From the NCBI GenBank assembly GCA_964385465.1, contig CAYLPJ010000028.1:11789-75788 (forward strand): a stretch of DNA of 64,000 nt, given 5' to 3'. Positions within the stretch are counted from its first letter, which is position 1. Each line of letters starts with the position of its first letter. Positions 1 through 15,000 of this stretch are shown one piece after another. The position numbers were made by a program, and so were the translations under genes. The notes under the pieces are model-generated. The model ran no database searches, was not told the DNA's origin, and worked only from the letters and a program-made list of their open reading frames with translations. This DNA comes from an uncultured Planctomycetaceae bacterium (GTDB lineage: Bacteria > Planctomycetota > Phycisphaerae > SM23-33).

Positions 1-3000
1 CGTAGCCCACCCCGCCGTCGCCGTCGTCGAGCGTCAGCCGGACGGTGTAGTCCCCGGCCGTCGTCGGCCGATACGCGAGCGTCGGCTCCGTCGCGCTGGC
101 CACGAGCTGGCCCTGGTCGTCGCGGACCTCCCACAACCGTGTGACCGGGTCGACGGCCTTGGCGGGGTCCACCCAGCCGGCGCAGGAGAAGGAGAGCTGC
201 TCGCCCTCGGTGGCGGTGCGGTCGCCGCCGATGTCGATCTGGGAGGGGGCCGTGTTGGCGACCTCGACGGTCCCCGTCCGGACGGTCTGGCCGCTGTCGT
301 CGTCGCGGACGGTCAGCGTCACCGTGTAGGTGCCGTCGTCGGCGTACGCGTGCGCCGCTTCGCGGGTCGTGGCGGCCGGGCTGCCGTCACCGAAGTCCCA
401 CTCGTAGGTCAACGGGTCGGCCGGAGCGTCCGAGGCACCGCAGGAGAACTGTCCCTGCTGAGTTTCCCCGAGGCCCGTCGGGAGCTGGAACGAGTACACC
501 GACGGGTCCGCGTTTGCCACGTACGCCGTCCCGTACGCCTCCGCCGTGGCGCCGTCGTCGTCGGTGACGTGGAAGACCGCGTCGTATTGGCCGTCCTCGT
601 CGTAGTAGAAGCCGTACGACGCGTCGAGCGTGGCGGTGTGGGTGGTATCGTTGACAGAGAACAGCCCGTGATCCAGCGGGCAAGGCCCCGAGCCATCGCC
701 GGGATCCACGGCGAAGCTCCAGAGGTGTGCCGTCGCGGCCGTGAGCTGGCCGGACGGGTCCGTGACGGTGAAGACCAGCGGGGCGACCGCATCGTTTTCG
801 TCGCCGTAGAAGGACGGCGTCATGTCGGCGAACGGTGCGACGCCTTCCACGACCACCCAGAAGGAACTCGTATCCGGGTCGCCCTCGCCGGCGGAACTGA
901 CAGTCACCGTGCAGCGGTGCTCGCCCAGCTCGTGGTAGACGTGGGACAGCGGGAGCGAGCGGCTGGTCGTGTCGAATTCCTCCAGCGGACTGCCGTCGCC
1001 GTAATCGACCACGACGTGCCACGTGTCGTCCCCGCCATCGGTGATCATCGCGGTCCGCGTCAGCGCGGCGCCTTCGTCAACGGTTGCATTGCCCCAGGCC
1101 GTCACCTGCGGCGCTACGTCGGAGACGAAGACCTCGAAGCTGTCGGTGTACGTCCCGCCCGGCGCGGCGGCCGTGCATGTGACCGTAAAGACCCCGGACT
1201 GCCGCGGGGCGAACGAGAAGCTCTGGTTCGTGGTGCTGCCGGCATCGTACGGGCCGCCGGTAACGCTCCACTGCCACGTGTAGCCGGCGCCCGGGTCGGC
1301 CACGTCGGCGCTGGAGGCGACGGCCTGGCCTTCGTCCGCCACGGCGTCCCAGCCGGCCCGCAGTTCCCGGCGGATGCCGAAATCGTGCTCCTGCACGAGC
1401 GGTTCGGAGACCAGGTTGAGTGAAGGAACCGAGGCCGGCGCCGTCCGCCGCCCCCAAGCGGGAACGACCGCATCGACCGGGTAGTTGCCGTTGGGCAGGG
1501 GTGCCAGGGCGTAGAAGCCGTTGGAGTCGGTCAGCGTCCACTGCTCGTTCGACTGCCAGATGCCGTCGGCGTTCAGATCGGCGAAGACCTTCACGTTTTC
1601 CAGCGGCAGCTCGAGGCCGTGGCCGAAGGCGCCGTCGCCGTCGGCGTCGTCGTAGATGAACCCGTAGACCCCGCGGGCGCCGCGGAGGTAGTCGAAGGTG
1701 TAGGCGTCGCTGCGCCCCTCGCCGCTGCCCGCGCCGCCGTTCTCCGTGGCCACCACGGTGATCCGATGCACCAGGTTCGTCCCCCCGGGCGCGGCGTCCA
1801 GATACAGCGTGCCGTCGGAGACCCAACCGCTGACCCCGCTGCCGGCGGGGGTGCGCACCTCGTAGACGAGCTCATCATCCGGCGGCCCGCCGGCGTTGTA
1901 CATGAGGTTGTACAGGTTGCTCAGCACCGCGTCGCCGTTGGCGTCGGCCAGCAGGGGCGGCAGCATGCTCCACGCCGGTCCCGCGTTGGCGGTGTGCTCG
2001 ACGTCCGCGAACGCGGCCCCTCGCTGCTCGATCATCTCGATCATCAGGTCGTGCGCCTGTTCGTCCAGCGGGTTGTCGCGGACGTCCAGCAGCCGCAGCG
2101 CCGGCAGGGGGGGCTCGGCGGAGACGGCCAGGATCGCGTCGGCCACCACCGTGCCTCCCGCGCCCGCCGTCGTGACCGACACGGCATTGCCCGAGGGGTC
2201 GCCCAGTTCGAAACGCCCCAACGGCTGCCAGGGCCCCCCGACGGCCAGCCCCGACGCGCCGAACCGCTGGTTCACCGTGACGTCCGCCGACGTGACGCCG
2301 CCCACGGTGTACACCACCGACGCGCCGCTGCCCTCATGACCGTGCCACCGCGCGTAGAGGTCGTACGTGCCGCACGCGTCGCCCAGGTCCCAGCTCGCCG
2401 TGCCGTGGACCTCCCCCGGCTCGTTGGCCAGGTAGTGGTAGGCGCCCTGCCATGCGGAACTGCCCGTCCGGCTGTGCCACCACAGGTCATGGGCCGTGCT
2501 GAACGCCGGGTCGGCGTCGTCCACCACGAACGCCCCGGCCAGCGGAGACAGGTCGGTCACGCCGTTGCCTCCGAGCCGGAGGACGGCGAGGTCGTGCAGG
2601 CCCGCCAGCGGCGTTACGTCCGTTATCTGGTTGCCCGACAGGTCGAGCACAACCAGTTCCTCGAGCCCGGCGAGGTCGGCGGCGCTGAGCAGGCTCGCGT
2701 CCTGGATGCTCAACAGCCGCAGTTGGGTCAGGGGGGCGAGGGCCTGCACGTCGTGGAGGCCCGGGTTGCCGTCCAGCAGAAGCCCGCGCAGCATGCCGAG
2801 CCCGACCGGATGCCCCGTGCCCCCTTCGACCGCCGGCGCCAGCGGGCCGAGGTACATCACGTTGTTGTCCCGCAGGTTCAGGAAGTCCATGTTGGCGGCG
2901 TGCTGAAGTCCGCCGAGGCCCGTGATGCCCAGGCCGGCCGCGTGCAGTTCGACCAGCCGCCCCATGTCGCTGGCGCGGACGGGCACGGTGAATTCGCAGC

Positions 3001-6000
3001 CCCGCAGGCCGATGCCCAGTGCCTCACCGACCGCCTGGCGCAGCCCCGCGTCGTCGATTTCGACGACCGGATCGACGACGGTCGGGGGGGTGCTGATCAG
3101 CCTCTCGCCCATCGGCGGGGGGGTGAGGGATTCGGCGGGATCGAGGTCGTGGACCTCCACGTGCTCCCCGCGGAACGTGTCGAGCCCGCTTCGGCCCCAC
3201 ATGCGGTCGAGGTGGGCGCCGCCGATAAGGATGTCGTCGCCGTCGCCGCCATCGAGGCGGTCGGTATCGGTGCCCGGTGTCGTCGCCCCCTGGGCGGGGG
3301 GCAGGACCTGCACGGTCACCTCGAGCGGGACGCTGCGCGTCGGGTCGGGTTCGTAGAGGCGCAGCAGGTACTCGCCGGCCTCGAGTCCGCGCAGATCGGC
3401 TGCGGGTACACCGCGCAGGGCTACCGAGCCGTCCGCGCCATAGAGGTCGGCCAGCACGCCGCTGCTCCGCAGCCCGAGCAGCCCCGTGCCCGGCGCGACG
3501 GCCGGGGCGTCGGCGAGGACCTGCACATCCTGGGCCATCAGCCGCAGCGTCACCCGCGACCAGCCCCGCTGGAGGGCGTTGCGAACGACTTGCGTCAGGT
3601 CCGAACCGGAGAACGTGATCCGCTGCGTCTCGTCGGCCGTGGAGACCGCTACGGTGTCAATGTACGAGGACGGGCCGGTCACGTCGCCGACGGTCACGAG
3701 CCCGTCGCCTTCGGCCCCGAGCATGTAGAGATGCACCTGCCCCGCGCCGGGCCCGCAGTCCAGGATGGTTCGCGGCTGGCGGGTGCTGCTGAACGTCCAC
3801 AGCGTGGTGCCCGAGCCGACCGCCGAGTCCCCGAGCAGCCAGAGATCCTCGCCCGCGGCGGCGATCCAGGTGTCCTCGGCGGCCCAGGTTTGCGGCGCGG
3901 CCATCGCGATCGTGCCCGTGCTGAACCCCAGCGTATCCGGGCCGGGGGTGTCGGCAACGTACCAGAGCGCCTGGCCCTCGCCGGCCATGTCCGTGATGCT
4001 GCTGCCGATCTGCCCGCAGTCGCTGAGCGTTTCGCCCAGGCAACTCCAGAGGCGCGTTTCGGTGCCGGCGCCGACGACGACGTAGAGGCGCCCGTCGGCA
4101 TCGAGCGTCGTTGCGCTGAACTCGGGCGTCGGCTCGGGCATTCCGGCCAGCAGGTGGGCGTGGTCCGCCTGCGGCAGCGGATACGTGCCCCCCGTCGTGC
4201 CGTCGCTGCGCCACAGGTGCAGGTCCCAGGTCGGATCGCCCGTGCCATCGCGATCCCAGCCCAGGAAGTAGAGGGCGTCGCCAGCCACGGTCAGCGCCGT
4301 GGGCAGGCCGCTGCCGGCGCTGCAGAGGTTCATGAACCGGGCGGCGGGGCTCACGCCGTCGCAGGACCACAGCTCCGTCTTGTAGCCGGAGTCGTAGCCG
4401 CGGAAGTACAACTCGCCGTTGAAGACCGTCGCGTGCTCCAGCAGCCAGCCCTGGGAATCCGATTCCGCGAAGGATCCCATCAGTTCGGAAGTCGGGTCGA
4501 ACCCGTCGTTTGAGTACAGCTCCCAGCCCGCCCCGTCAAAGGTGGTGAAGAACAGACGCGTATCCGACGCCATCAGCGCTTCGACGCGCTCGTCATCCAC
4601 TACGGCCCAGTCCTGGATGTCGTCGACAGCCACCCGCAGCATTGCCGCGCCGCTGCCCGCCTCGTAACCGAAGTAGACGTGATCGCCCAACCGCACGAGG
4701 CCCGTCGTGAACTGGCCCGTCTCCGGCAGGTCGAGCATCTCCGTCCCCGCGGCCGTGCCGTCGGTATACCACAGTTCCTCGCTGCCACCGGACTCGGCGG
4801 CGAAGAACAGCCCCGAGCCGACCGCGAGCATCGGCCCGAAGGTCGTGCCGGCCGCCCCCGCGGTGATCTCGTCGATCAACTGCGTCCCTGCCAACGTCCC
4901 GTCGGAGACCCACAGTTCCCGCCCCGAGCCGTCGCTTTCGGCGGTGAAGTAGAACCGTCCGTCGGCCGGGACGATCTCCGCCGGCGCGTGGAAGCCGCTG
5001 ACCGGGAGGATCCGCCCGTCCAGCTCGAGCGTGACGTTCTCCAGGACGGCCGGATCGGCGGCGGCCTCCAGGAGGCTTGCCAGGTCGACCTCCAGCACGC
5101 CGTGGTAGTCGGCGTCGGAGAACGTCCCGAGGCGCATCTCACTGACGGTCGTCGCGCTCATGGAGTCGACATCGACGTGCCCCGCGACGCCGCCAAGGCA
5201 GACCGACCGGTCGTTGACGGCTCGGGGCAGCACGCGGAGCAGGTCGCCCGGCTGGGCGTCGCCCAGCGTGCGGAAGCGGTACCACTGCTCGTGCTGGTCG
5301 GCGGGCCAGGAGTGCGTGTACTCGACGGGCTGGCCCGTGCCGGCGTCGATCAGCACCCCGCCGACGCCGGGGAAGCTGCGGTTGTCGATCGGCTCGGGGG
5401 CGAGCCAGTCCGGCAGGGCGAGCCGGCGGGGCGAGCCATGGATCGCGTAAATGCTGCCCGCATGCGCGAGCGGCTGTGCCCCGAGCCCGTCGGCGTAGCC
5501 GGCGCCGACCAGGACGTCGTCGCACCCGTCGGCGTCCAGATCGATCCCGCCGGCCCGGCTGAGCGTGCCGAACCAGTCCCCGCTGACGGGCCCGGCGACG
5601 GTGGCGACGTCCGTAAGCCCGTCGGCGTCCAGGTCCGCCCCGTCGAGGGAGAGCATCACCTCTCCGCCGCGGCCCGCCAGGTCCCAGACGATGTGCAGGC
5701 TGCCCTGCACGCGGGAGTCCACGAGCGTTCCGTCGACGCTGATCGTCTGGCCGAGGAAGCCGACGGCCAGGTCGGCCGCGCCGTCGCCGTCGAAGTCGCC
5801 GCCGGCGACGCTGACGGCGCCGGTGACCTCGGCTTCCTCCGGCAGGCTGCCCGGCGCGTGACGCCACAGCGCGACGTCGGCATCGGCCGACCGCAGCGGC
5901 GTGGCGTCGGCGGGCGGCACGGCGGCGGGGGAGCCGTAGAAGACCAGCAGCCCGGCCTCGTCACCGTGGCTGCCGCCCTCGCCGGCGTCGAGGAGGACGA

Positions 6001-9000
6001 AGTCCGCGTAGCCATCGCGATTGACGTCTGCCAGCGACACGACCTCGGTGCCGAGCGCCCAGTCCTGCACGAGGCATCGGGCGTCGCCGTCGTCGCCGAC
6101 GGTGACCACGCCGGTCGCGCCGCCGGCGACGACGTACAGGCGGTCCACGTAGCGGTCGTCCTCGCCGGCGGTTGACAGGCGGTACTCGCCGGTCCGCAGA
6201 ACGAGCACGTCGTCCCGCCCGTCGCCGTCCACGTCGGCGACGGCGGTGCGGATGCCGGCCGAGGGGACGCGTTCGATGGACCAGTCCGCGGCGGCATCCC
6301 CCAGGAGCTGCTGCTTGACACCCGAGGTGTCGCTCGTCGTCTCCCGCAGGAAGGCCGTCGCCGAGTCGACGGGCGAACCCGTCTGCAACGCCGCAGCCAC
6401 GCTCTCGCCCGTGAGTACCCGCGCGAAGTACCCCGTCGGGCCGGCCTGGGGGAAGCTGATCATCAAGTCCGCGTTGCCCCCGCCGTCATGATCCAGAATC
6501 GTTGCGGCCAGGGCGCCCTGCGGATAAATGCTGTCGGGAACCGTCGCAACCAGCGGCAGTTCGGACAGCGCCACGCTTCGCTCCGGCCGGGTCGTCCCGG
6601 CCAGCAGCGCCACCTCCGTTCGCGAGTCGCCGCCGCTGTAGCGGTGGAAGGCGATGTCGGCCAAGCCGTCGCCTGTGACGTCACCGACGCCTTCGCCGAC
6701 CGACCAGCCATTCAGATCGATGATGATCTGGGCGGCGTCCGCGACGGACTGCACGCCCGCCAGCCGCACGGGCCCGAGCAGGATGCAGGCGGTCTCGTAG
6801 CCGTGGACGAGGACGTCCTCAAACCCGTCGCCGTTGACGTCGCCGACCGGGCGGTTGCCGGCCAGGCCCTCCAGCGCGGTCGAGCCGGTCACACGACCCG
6901 CCATGCCGATGTCGCGGTCGCCGGCGTTGAGGTCCATGTCGGTCGCGCCGGCGGGATCGGTCAGGCGGGGGCTGGCCAGCGGCAGCTCGAACGCCTCGGC
7001 CGCCGGAAGCGGCGGCGTGGCGGCGTCGATCAGTTCCCGGGCGTGGAACACGTGGGAAGCGGCCCCCCAGCGGTCGGGCAGGCCGAAGTCGGCCTCGCCG
7101 TCGCCGTTGACGTCGCCCAGGGCGACGGGGCCTCCGGCCAACAGCGAGCCATTCTCTGCGGCGTACCACGGCCGGGCGGGTTCGAGGACCATGTTGGGCG
7201 CGTCGAACGCCTCCGGCGCGGTCCAGTCGCGGCCATCGGCGAGGAAGATCTCGTAGACCTGGTGCATCAACCGGGTGCCGTCCTCGCTGACGCGGTGGGT
7301 CAGCTCCCGGGCGGGCGCGGCCAGATCGCCAAGGCCGTCGCAGTCCACGTCGCCGGGGGCCAGCAGGCCCAGTGCATCGACATGATGGCCGGTGGGCGCG
7401 GCGCCGGCGTTGGCGAGGAAGATCCAGCTCTCGTGGGCGGCCTGGCCTGCGCGGCGGGCGGAGACGACGAAGTCTTCCGGCGTTCCACCGCCGTCGAGAT
7501 CGCCCGCCGCCGAGACGGTGAACCCGTCCGCGTCGTCGCCGAGCACGTGCTCGGAGAGCCACTGGAGATTGGCCGAGCCCGTGTTGGTCAGCAGGACCAG
7601 CTTGTCCGTGGCGCGGGTGGGGCACTTGCGACGGATGACGCCGAACTCGTCGAGCCCGTCGCCGGTGACGTCCCCGACGCACGCCACGACGCTGCCCAGC
7701 TCCCCCTCCGGGGCCAGGCCGGCGTACACGGAATACGCCATTTCGTCGCGCGGGCGCACGGACCGCAGCAGGACGTCGTCGACGTGCCAGCCCTCGAAAT
7801 CGTTGAGCATCCAGCCGTTCGTGTCAAACGTGAAGCGCAGGCGCAGCGTGTCCCCGGCGTCGAAGCCGCCGAGGTCCGCGCACGCCCACTGCCAGGCCCC
7901 CGTGCCGTCCAGCAGCCCCTCGCCGTCGTTGCTGAAGATGCGGACGCCGGGCTGCCAACCCAGCCCGTCCGGCTTGACGTCCAGCCAGACCTCCGCCCGG
8001 TCCCAGTGCGACGGCTCGCCCTGCGTCTGCAGGAAGTAGCTGAAGCTCAACTCGACGTGGGCCGCCGCCTCCGTCAGCGTGACCTCCGGCAGGATCAGCT
8101 CGCCTTCGCTGTGACCGACGTCGTAGTTGTGGTCGGCCGCGCCGTAATAGGCCGCCCGGCCCCCGCGGTGCCCGGCATCGTCGGCGCGGAAGTCTGCAAC
8201 GGTCCAGAGCCCGCTGGCGGTCGTGCCTACCGACAGGAAGTCCTCGAAATCGGCGAACAGCAGGCCCGCGTCCGCGTCGTGCCACATGTCCGAGCGATAC
8301 GTCAGGCGGGTCGCCCTGCCCTTGTGCTCGTCGGCGGACCAGGCCTCGCCGACGACCAGGTCGTCCCGCGAGTGGGCGTCGAGGTCCCCGGCAGCGATGG
8401 ACAGCGGGAAGTCGAACGCGTTGACCACGCCGTCGGCCTCGGCGACGACGTCGATCTCGTCCGGCCAGGAGGTCCGTCCGCGGAGGTAGTACACCCCGGC
8501 GAGGCCGTACGGCTGGTCGCCGTGATTGCTGACCATGATCGCCAGGTCGTCCGGCCCGCCGAGGGAACTGCTGATGTCGCCGGAGACGATCTGGCAGCGA
8601 ATCCCGAACGACTCGCCGCTGACGGGGGCGGGCAGTTTCAGCGCGACCGTCCCTCCGCCGGACAACCGAAGGTACGCAATACTGGGCCGCACGTAGTGCT
8701 GTGGGTGGCTCTGGGCGCCGTCCGGAACGTCCTCGCTGTGCCCGAAGTGCTCTTCGGCGGCGTGGATGAAATCCGCCTTGCCGTCGGAATCGACGTCCGC
8801 CAGGGGCACCAGCACGGCACGCGCGCCCGGCCCGCCTTCGGGGTGCAAGTCGGCCGTCGACGCCGCGACGTCCGTGACGTCCCCGACGCGGCTGTCGAAC
8901 TGTATCTGGTAGCGTCCCATCGGCTCGCACGGATCGTCGCTGCTCTGGCCGCTGGTGAAGCCCAGCATCGCCGCGGTGGAGTCGGCGGCGAACTCCACCG

Positions 9001-12000
9001 CCAGGCGTTGGCCGCCCCTGCGGGCCGACAGCACCAGCCGCTCGAGCTGCGGGTCGTAGTAGGCGAACAGGTCGGGATTCCCCAGGGCGGCAGTGAGCGA
9101 TTCGGCCAGGCCGGTGAAGCTCTTGGCGGGCCCGCCGTCGGTCAGGGGCACGGAGATGGTCTGGCGGTTGCCGTTGTAGATCACGTCCAGGACGGCGTCG
9201 GCGGCGCCGTAGCCGACGGTCGGCGCCGACCCCGCGGCCACGCCGAAGCTGCGCGGGTTCACGACGTGAAGGAGGTAGTAGTCCGGGGTGCCGGCGAACT
9301 GCTCGGCCGGCGTCAGGGCCAGCGGTCGTTCCCCGTCGGTCGCGACGGCGGCGTAGAGGTACACGTTCTGCTGGTGCCCCTCGGTGGCGGTGCGCGGCAG
9401 CCAGGCGCTGTCGGTCTGCCCGGCAACGAGGTCCACGCCGTCCAGCAGGTCACGGTCCAGCGTGGTTTCGAAGACGACGCGGATCATCCCGGCGGTGAGG
9501 GTGGCGGCGTCGGCCTGGCCGAAGCTCCGCTCCGCTCGCGGTGGCGGGAGAATGTACCAGTCGCCCGCGTCGGCGGAGTTGAACGACAGGTCAACGGCCG
9601 CGCTGCCGCCGCTGGGCGCAGCCAGCAGGGCGGCGAAGGCGGCGCTGTCGTTGAGGCCGGCCTGGCCGTAGCGTTCGACGGCCTCGTAGTCGTCGCTGCT
9701 GACGCCGGCGGCGCCCAGCAGCAGGTCGTTGCCCGGGCCGCCGTAGAGTTCGTCGTTCCCTCCGCCGCCGGCGAGGAAGTCCGCCCCTCCGTCGCCGTGG
9801 ATCACGTCGTCGAGGAACCCGCCGAACAGCCGGTCGTACCCGTCGCCGCCGTGAATCTCCAAGAAACCGATCGCCGCGCCTTCCTGGAGGTTGCCTTGCT
9901 TGATGCCCCACTCGCTGTCGGTCCAGCCGCTGCCGTCGGCGCGGGGGAACCGGTACTCCGGGTCGCCGCGGACCTCGTCGTCGCCGGCGCCCATCTCGAA
10001 GGTCGTCCCCTCGACGCGCTCGGCCTCGTAGTAGGCGTAACGCTGGAGATAGAGCTGCACGTCCCCCTCGGCGGCCGTGCCGACCGGCAGGCCCAGCTCG
10101 ACGGCCGCGACGTCGTTGGCCGCCGCCACTTCCAGGCTGCCCCCGGGCGCCGTCGTCAGCCGCAGCCGCAATCCGTCGAGGTCGCCGCGAACCGCGCCGT
10201 CCAGGCCTTCGGCCGCCAGGGCGTCGCGGACCGCCTGGACCAGCCCCACCGCGGACCGTCCCGGTCCGGCGGGAACGTCGCCCGCCGAGTGGTCGATCAT
10301 CAGCGTGTGGTTCGTTCCGTTCACGCAGAGTTTCAGCAGGGCCTGGCCGGTGAGCAGGCCGTTGTCGGGCAGGTCGGCCGTGCCGGTCAGCGCGGCGGGC
10401 GCTGCCCCCGAGGCCGTCAGGTACCGCTGATTGGCGATGTCCCAGACCAGCGAACTGACCTCGTAGCGGTGCAGGAAGCGGTTGTAGCGGATGGCCACGT
10501 GGTCCGGCACGGGGCGGTTGAGCCGGTCGGTGTCCCCGCCGAGGTAGAGCACCCGGTCGTTGCCGGCTCCGCCGTCGAAGACGTCCGCGGACGTGACGAA
10601 CACCGGCGCGCCGGTCAGCCCGCTGATCGGCAGCTCGTCGGGGACGACCTGGAACACGTCGTCGCCGACCTCGCCGAACAGCAGATCGCCGGCCTGCCTG
10701 TCGCGCCCGCCGGTCAGGACGTCGTTGCCGCCGCCGCCGAAGATCCAGTCCTCGCCGGGCCCGCCGCAGAGCACGTCGTGCCCGGCGCCGCCGAGCAGTA
10801 CGTCCCGCCGCTCGGCGTTGTCGCGCAGTGCCTGATCGAACGCGACCGGCGCCGCCGAACCCACCTGGACGGTCAGGTCGTACGCCGTCGGCACGGCGAG
10901 CGGGGAGCGGACGCGGACGTAACAGGTCACGCCGGCGCCCATCCCCGTCCCGCCGGCCAGGTCGATCGCCTCCATCTCGCCGTCGCCGTCGAGGATGTAC
11001 GTCTCGGCAAGCACGTCGCCGGCGTCGCCGATCGTCGCGGCCGCCGTGACGGTGACGTCGTCCGCGGCCGCCAGGCGGAAGCTGTACCAGTCCACGTCCG
11101 ACGGGTTGTCGAGGGTCAGGCCGGTGAAGGCGACCGAGCCGGCCAGGTCGCACGCGTCGGCGTACTGCCCGGCCCGCAGGCCGAGCAGAACGGCGGCGTC
11201 GCTGTCGTTGACGCCGAGAACACTCAGCCAGCCGTCCGGCCCGACGGCGGTGGGGCGCAGTCCGAGGGCCCCGTCCACGTTCTCGGCGACGACCAGCCCG
11301 GCCAGGGCCGAAGCGTCGATGGCCGTGTTGACGTCCGCGACGAGGTCCGCGAACGTGCTGTTGGTCGCCGTGGCCGCGGCGGGCAGGTAGACGCTCACGC
11401 CGTCCTCGCCCGCGAAGGCGAGGTCGCTGCCGGTCAGGGTGAAGCGTGCGGTCGTTCCGGCGGGCAGGCGGCCGTCGGCGGGTCCGGCCTGCTCGGCGAC
11501 GAGCATCATGGGGCCGTAGATCCCGAACGCCCGCGCGGGGTCGGTGAGGTCGGACACGTTCTCGTTGCGGGAGGGGCTTTCGGTGCGGTCGGAGAGGATC
11601 ACGTTGCCGCCTTGGAACTCGACGCGGTCGTCGCCGTCGCCGGCGTCCACCCAGACGCTCGTCTGGACGGTGGGTCCGACGTAGACCTCGTCGTTGCCGC
11701 CCAGCGCGTCGACGATGATCGCCAGGAAGTCCCCTTCGCCCGGCAGGAGGTTGCCCTCGAGGACGATCTCCCGGTACGCCGCGCCGCGCTCGTCGGGTTC
11801 GAGCTCGCCGATGGCGTGCAGGTCCATCAGGACCTCGGTGGCGTCCCAGACGCGATCGCCGTTCTCGTCCCGAGCGTCGAAGTCCAGCCGGACCTGCGCG
11901 TCGAAGGTGTAGTGGCCATCGTTGTTCGTCAGGCGCGTGATGAGGTGGTGGTCCTGGAGCAGGCCGGGCTCGGTGACATAATCGACGGTGATGACGTCGT

Positions 12001-15000
12001 CGGCCCCTGAACCACCGTAGTACCAGACCTTGTTGGTCGATCTGGCGTAGGCCTTCCAGGCGTCGTCGCCGGGCAGGCCGTATGCGTCCTCCAACAGCGC
12101 GCCGTCACGCGTGTACAACAGGTCATCCCCGCCGTTGCCGTACAGGAAGTCCAGCCCCGTCCCGCCGTAGAGCTCGTCATCCTGTCCGCCGCCGAGAACG
12201 CGGTTCATGCCGGTGTCTTCGAGCGTGCGCCCGTCGTCGGGCTCGCTGTAGACCCGGCCGGTGACGGCGTCGATGAACACCCCGAAGGTCGCGCCGTCGG
12301 GCTCGGCGGGGGGGTGTCCCTGCCCATCCAGGCCGGTGAACGCGCCGTCGACCTGCTGGCGGGGGTGGAAGGACCAGGCGTAGAGGAAGTTGCCCGGCGC
12401 GCCCCCGGGGCCGATGTTGTCCCCGCCGCCGATCAGGTCGTCGTTGCCCGCGCCGGCGAACAGGCGGTCCTGGTCCCCGCTGCGCCCGCCGCCGTGGCGG
12501 TCCCCGTGGAGCCGGTCGTCCCCTCCGAGGCCGTACAGCCAGTCGCTGCCCGCTCCGCCGTCGATCAGGTCCCGCCCGGTCGAGCCGAGAACCACGTCAT
12601 CCCCGCCACCGCCGTCAAGCCGCGCGACCCAGTCGCGGCTGCGCAGAGCCAGTTCGCCCAACTCCAGCGCCGTCTCGCCGGCCGCGAAGCCGATCACGTC
12701 GTCCCCGCCGAGCCCGGAGATGGCGAACTGCTCGAGCGTCGCCTGCCCGTCGGCGTCGCGCCAGTCGGCGGCGAAGGCGGCCCCGCCGGCATGGAGGTTG
12801 TACTCGACCAGGAGGCGACCGTCCGGCGCCTGGCTCAGCAGGATCACGTCGTCGGCCTGCGTGCCGTTGATCTGGAGGATGTCCGTCCACAAGTCCTCGC
12901 CGGCGTCGTCGGAGCCGCGGTTGCCGCCGTGGCCGTTCAAGGCCGACTCGCCGTAGGCGTCGTAGGCGGTATCGAACGTCAGGAAGTCGTTGCCCGCCCC
13001 GCCGTAGAGCCAGTCGGCCCCGTCCTGGCCCTCCAAAACGTCGCTGTCGGCGCCGCCCCGGAGTTCGTCCTCGCCGCCGCCGCCGAAGAGGTGGTCTTCG
13101 CCCCCGTCGCCGTAGAGCAGGTCGGCGGCGCCGGAGGTGTCCGCCGACGTGCTCGGACCGTAGTTCGCCCCGTCGAGGTAATCGCCGTACAGGTCGTCGT
13201 TGCCCGAGCCGCCGATCAGCACGTCGCGGCGCCGGTTCCCATAGAGGATGTCGTTGCCGCTCTGCCCGTCGAGCCAGTCCCCCCAGCCGGTCCCGTCGTC
13301 GCCGTCGGGCGCGAAGGCGTAGAGGTAGTCCCGCCCCGGCCCGCCGAAGAGGCGCTGGCCGGCCTGCACGGCCCCGGTGCCCGTGCCGCCGTCGCCGTAG
13401 AGCGAGTCGCTGCCCTCCTCGCCGTAAAGCCGATCCACCCCGCCTCCGCCCTTGAGCGTGTCATTGCCCGAGCCGCCGCGGAGCACGTCGTCGCCGGCCG
13501 CGCCGGTCAGCTCATCCATGGCCGAGCCGCCGTCGAGGTAATCGGCCCCGGTCCCGCCGTCGAGGTGGTCGCTCTGGCCGCCGCCGAAGAGCCAGTCCGT
13601 GTCGTCGCCGCCGCGGAGCGTGTCCGTGCCGTCCTCCCCGCCGGCGATGCTCAGTCCGGCCACGATCGCCGGGGTGATCCGCGCGAGCGGGGGCATGGCG
13701 GCGAGGTAGCCCGAGGGCGCCATCGCGTCGGCGGAGTCCTCGTGCGGGGCGCGGACGAACAGCGACGCGTCGGACAGATCGAACGCCTCCCACTCGTAGA
13801 CCATCGAGCCGCCCCAGATCACGTCGCACCCGGGTCCGCCGCTCAGCGCGTCGTTGCCCGGGCCGCCGACGATGAGGTCGCAGCCGGCGCCGCCGTTGAT
13901 CGTGTCGTTGCCGGCCCCGCCGACGATCAGGTCGTAGCGGTCCCAGCCCCCGTCGTTGCCGCCTGCGCTGATGTCGTCGTCGCCGCCTTCACCGTAGATG
14001 ACGTCGCGCCCGTCGCCAGTGACGATCGTGTCGCCGCCCGCGCCGCCGTGGACCACGTTGTCGCCGTGTCCGGCCAGGATGGTGTCCGCACCCTCGCCGG
14101 CGTGAATCGTGTCGTCGCCGTCGCCGGCCTCGACGTGGTCGTCGCCGCCGCCGGCGTCGATCGTGTTGGTCCCGCCGTAGGCGTGGATCTCGTCCCGAAG
14201 ATCTCCGGTGACGATGACGTCGTCGCCGTCGTCGGTGTGGATGACGTTGCGCCCGCCCCCGGCGTGGACGGTGTGGGGGGCGTCCTCTCCGGCGTCGCTG
14301 CGGAGGTCGATGACGTCGTCGCCGTCGCCGGTGGTGACGTTGTCGGCCCCCGCGCCGGCCCGGATGCGGTTGGTGCCGGCGCCGGCGTGGATGACATCGT
14401 TGTCGCTCAACCCGGGCGGCAACGAGCCCGGCCCGGCGTGAATCTCGTCGTCGCCGTCGCCGGTGGTGATCTCGTCGTCGCCGGTGAAGGCGTGGATCAC
14501 GTTGCCGCCACCCCCCGCGGTGATGACGTCGTCGCCGAGGTCGCCATAGACGGTTTCGCTCCAGCATCCGGCCCCCGCGTCCAGGATGTGGATGGAATCC
14601 GGCTCGCCGGCGTCGGCGCTGCTGGAGCCCGGCGTGGTGGTCGTGCCTGCAATCAGCGTGTCGCCGCCGTCCTGGCCGTACAGCTCGTCGCTGCCGGGCC
14701 CGCCGTACAGCGTGTCGTCCCCGCCGCCGCCGTGAAGCACGTCGCGCCCCCGCCCGCCGTCGAGATGGTCGGCCTCGTCCCCGCCGTCGAGGTGGTCGTT
14801 GCCGCCGTCGCCGTGCAGCTCGTCGCTGCCGCCCTCGCCGTACAGCAGGTCCATTCCGTCGCCGCCGTGAAGCTCGTCGGCGTCGGCGCCGCCGTGAAGC
14901 GTGTCGCCGCCCTCGTCGCCGCGGAGGACGTCCCTGCCGTCGCCGCCGGTGAGATGATCCGCACCCATCCCGCCGGACAGCTCGTCGTCGTGACCGCCGC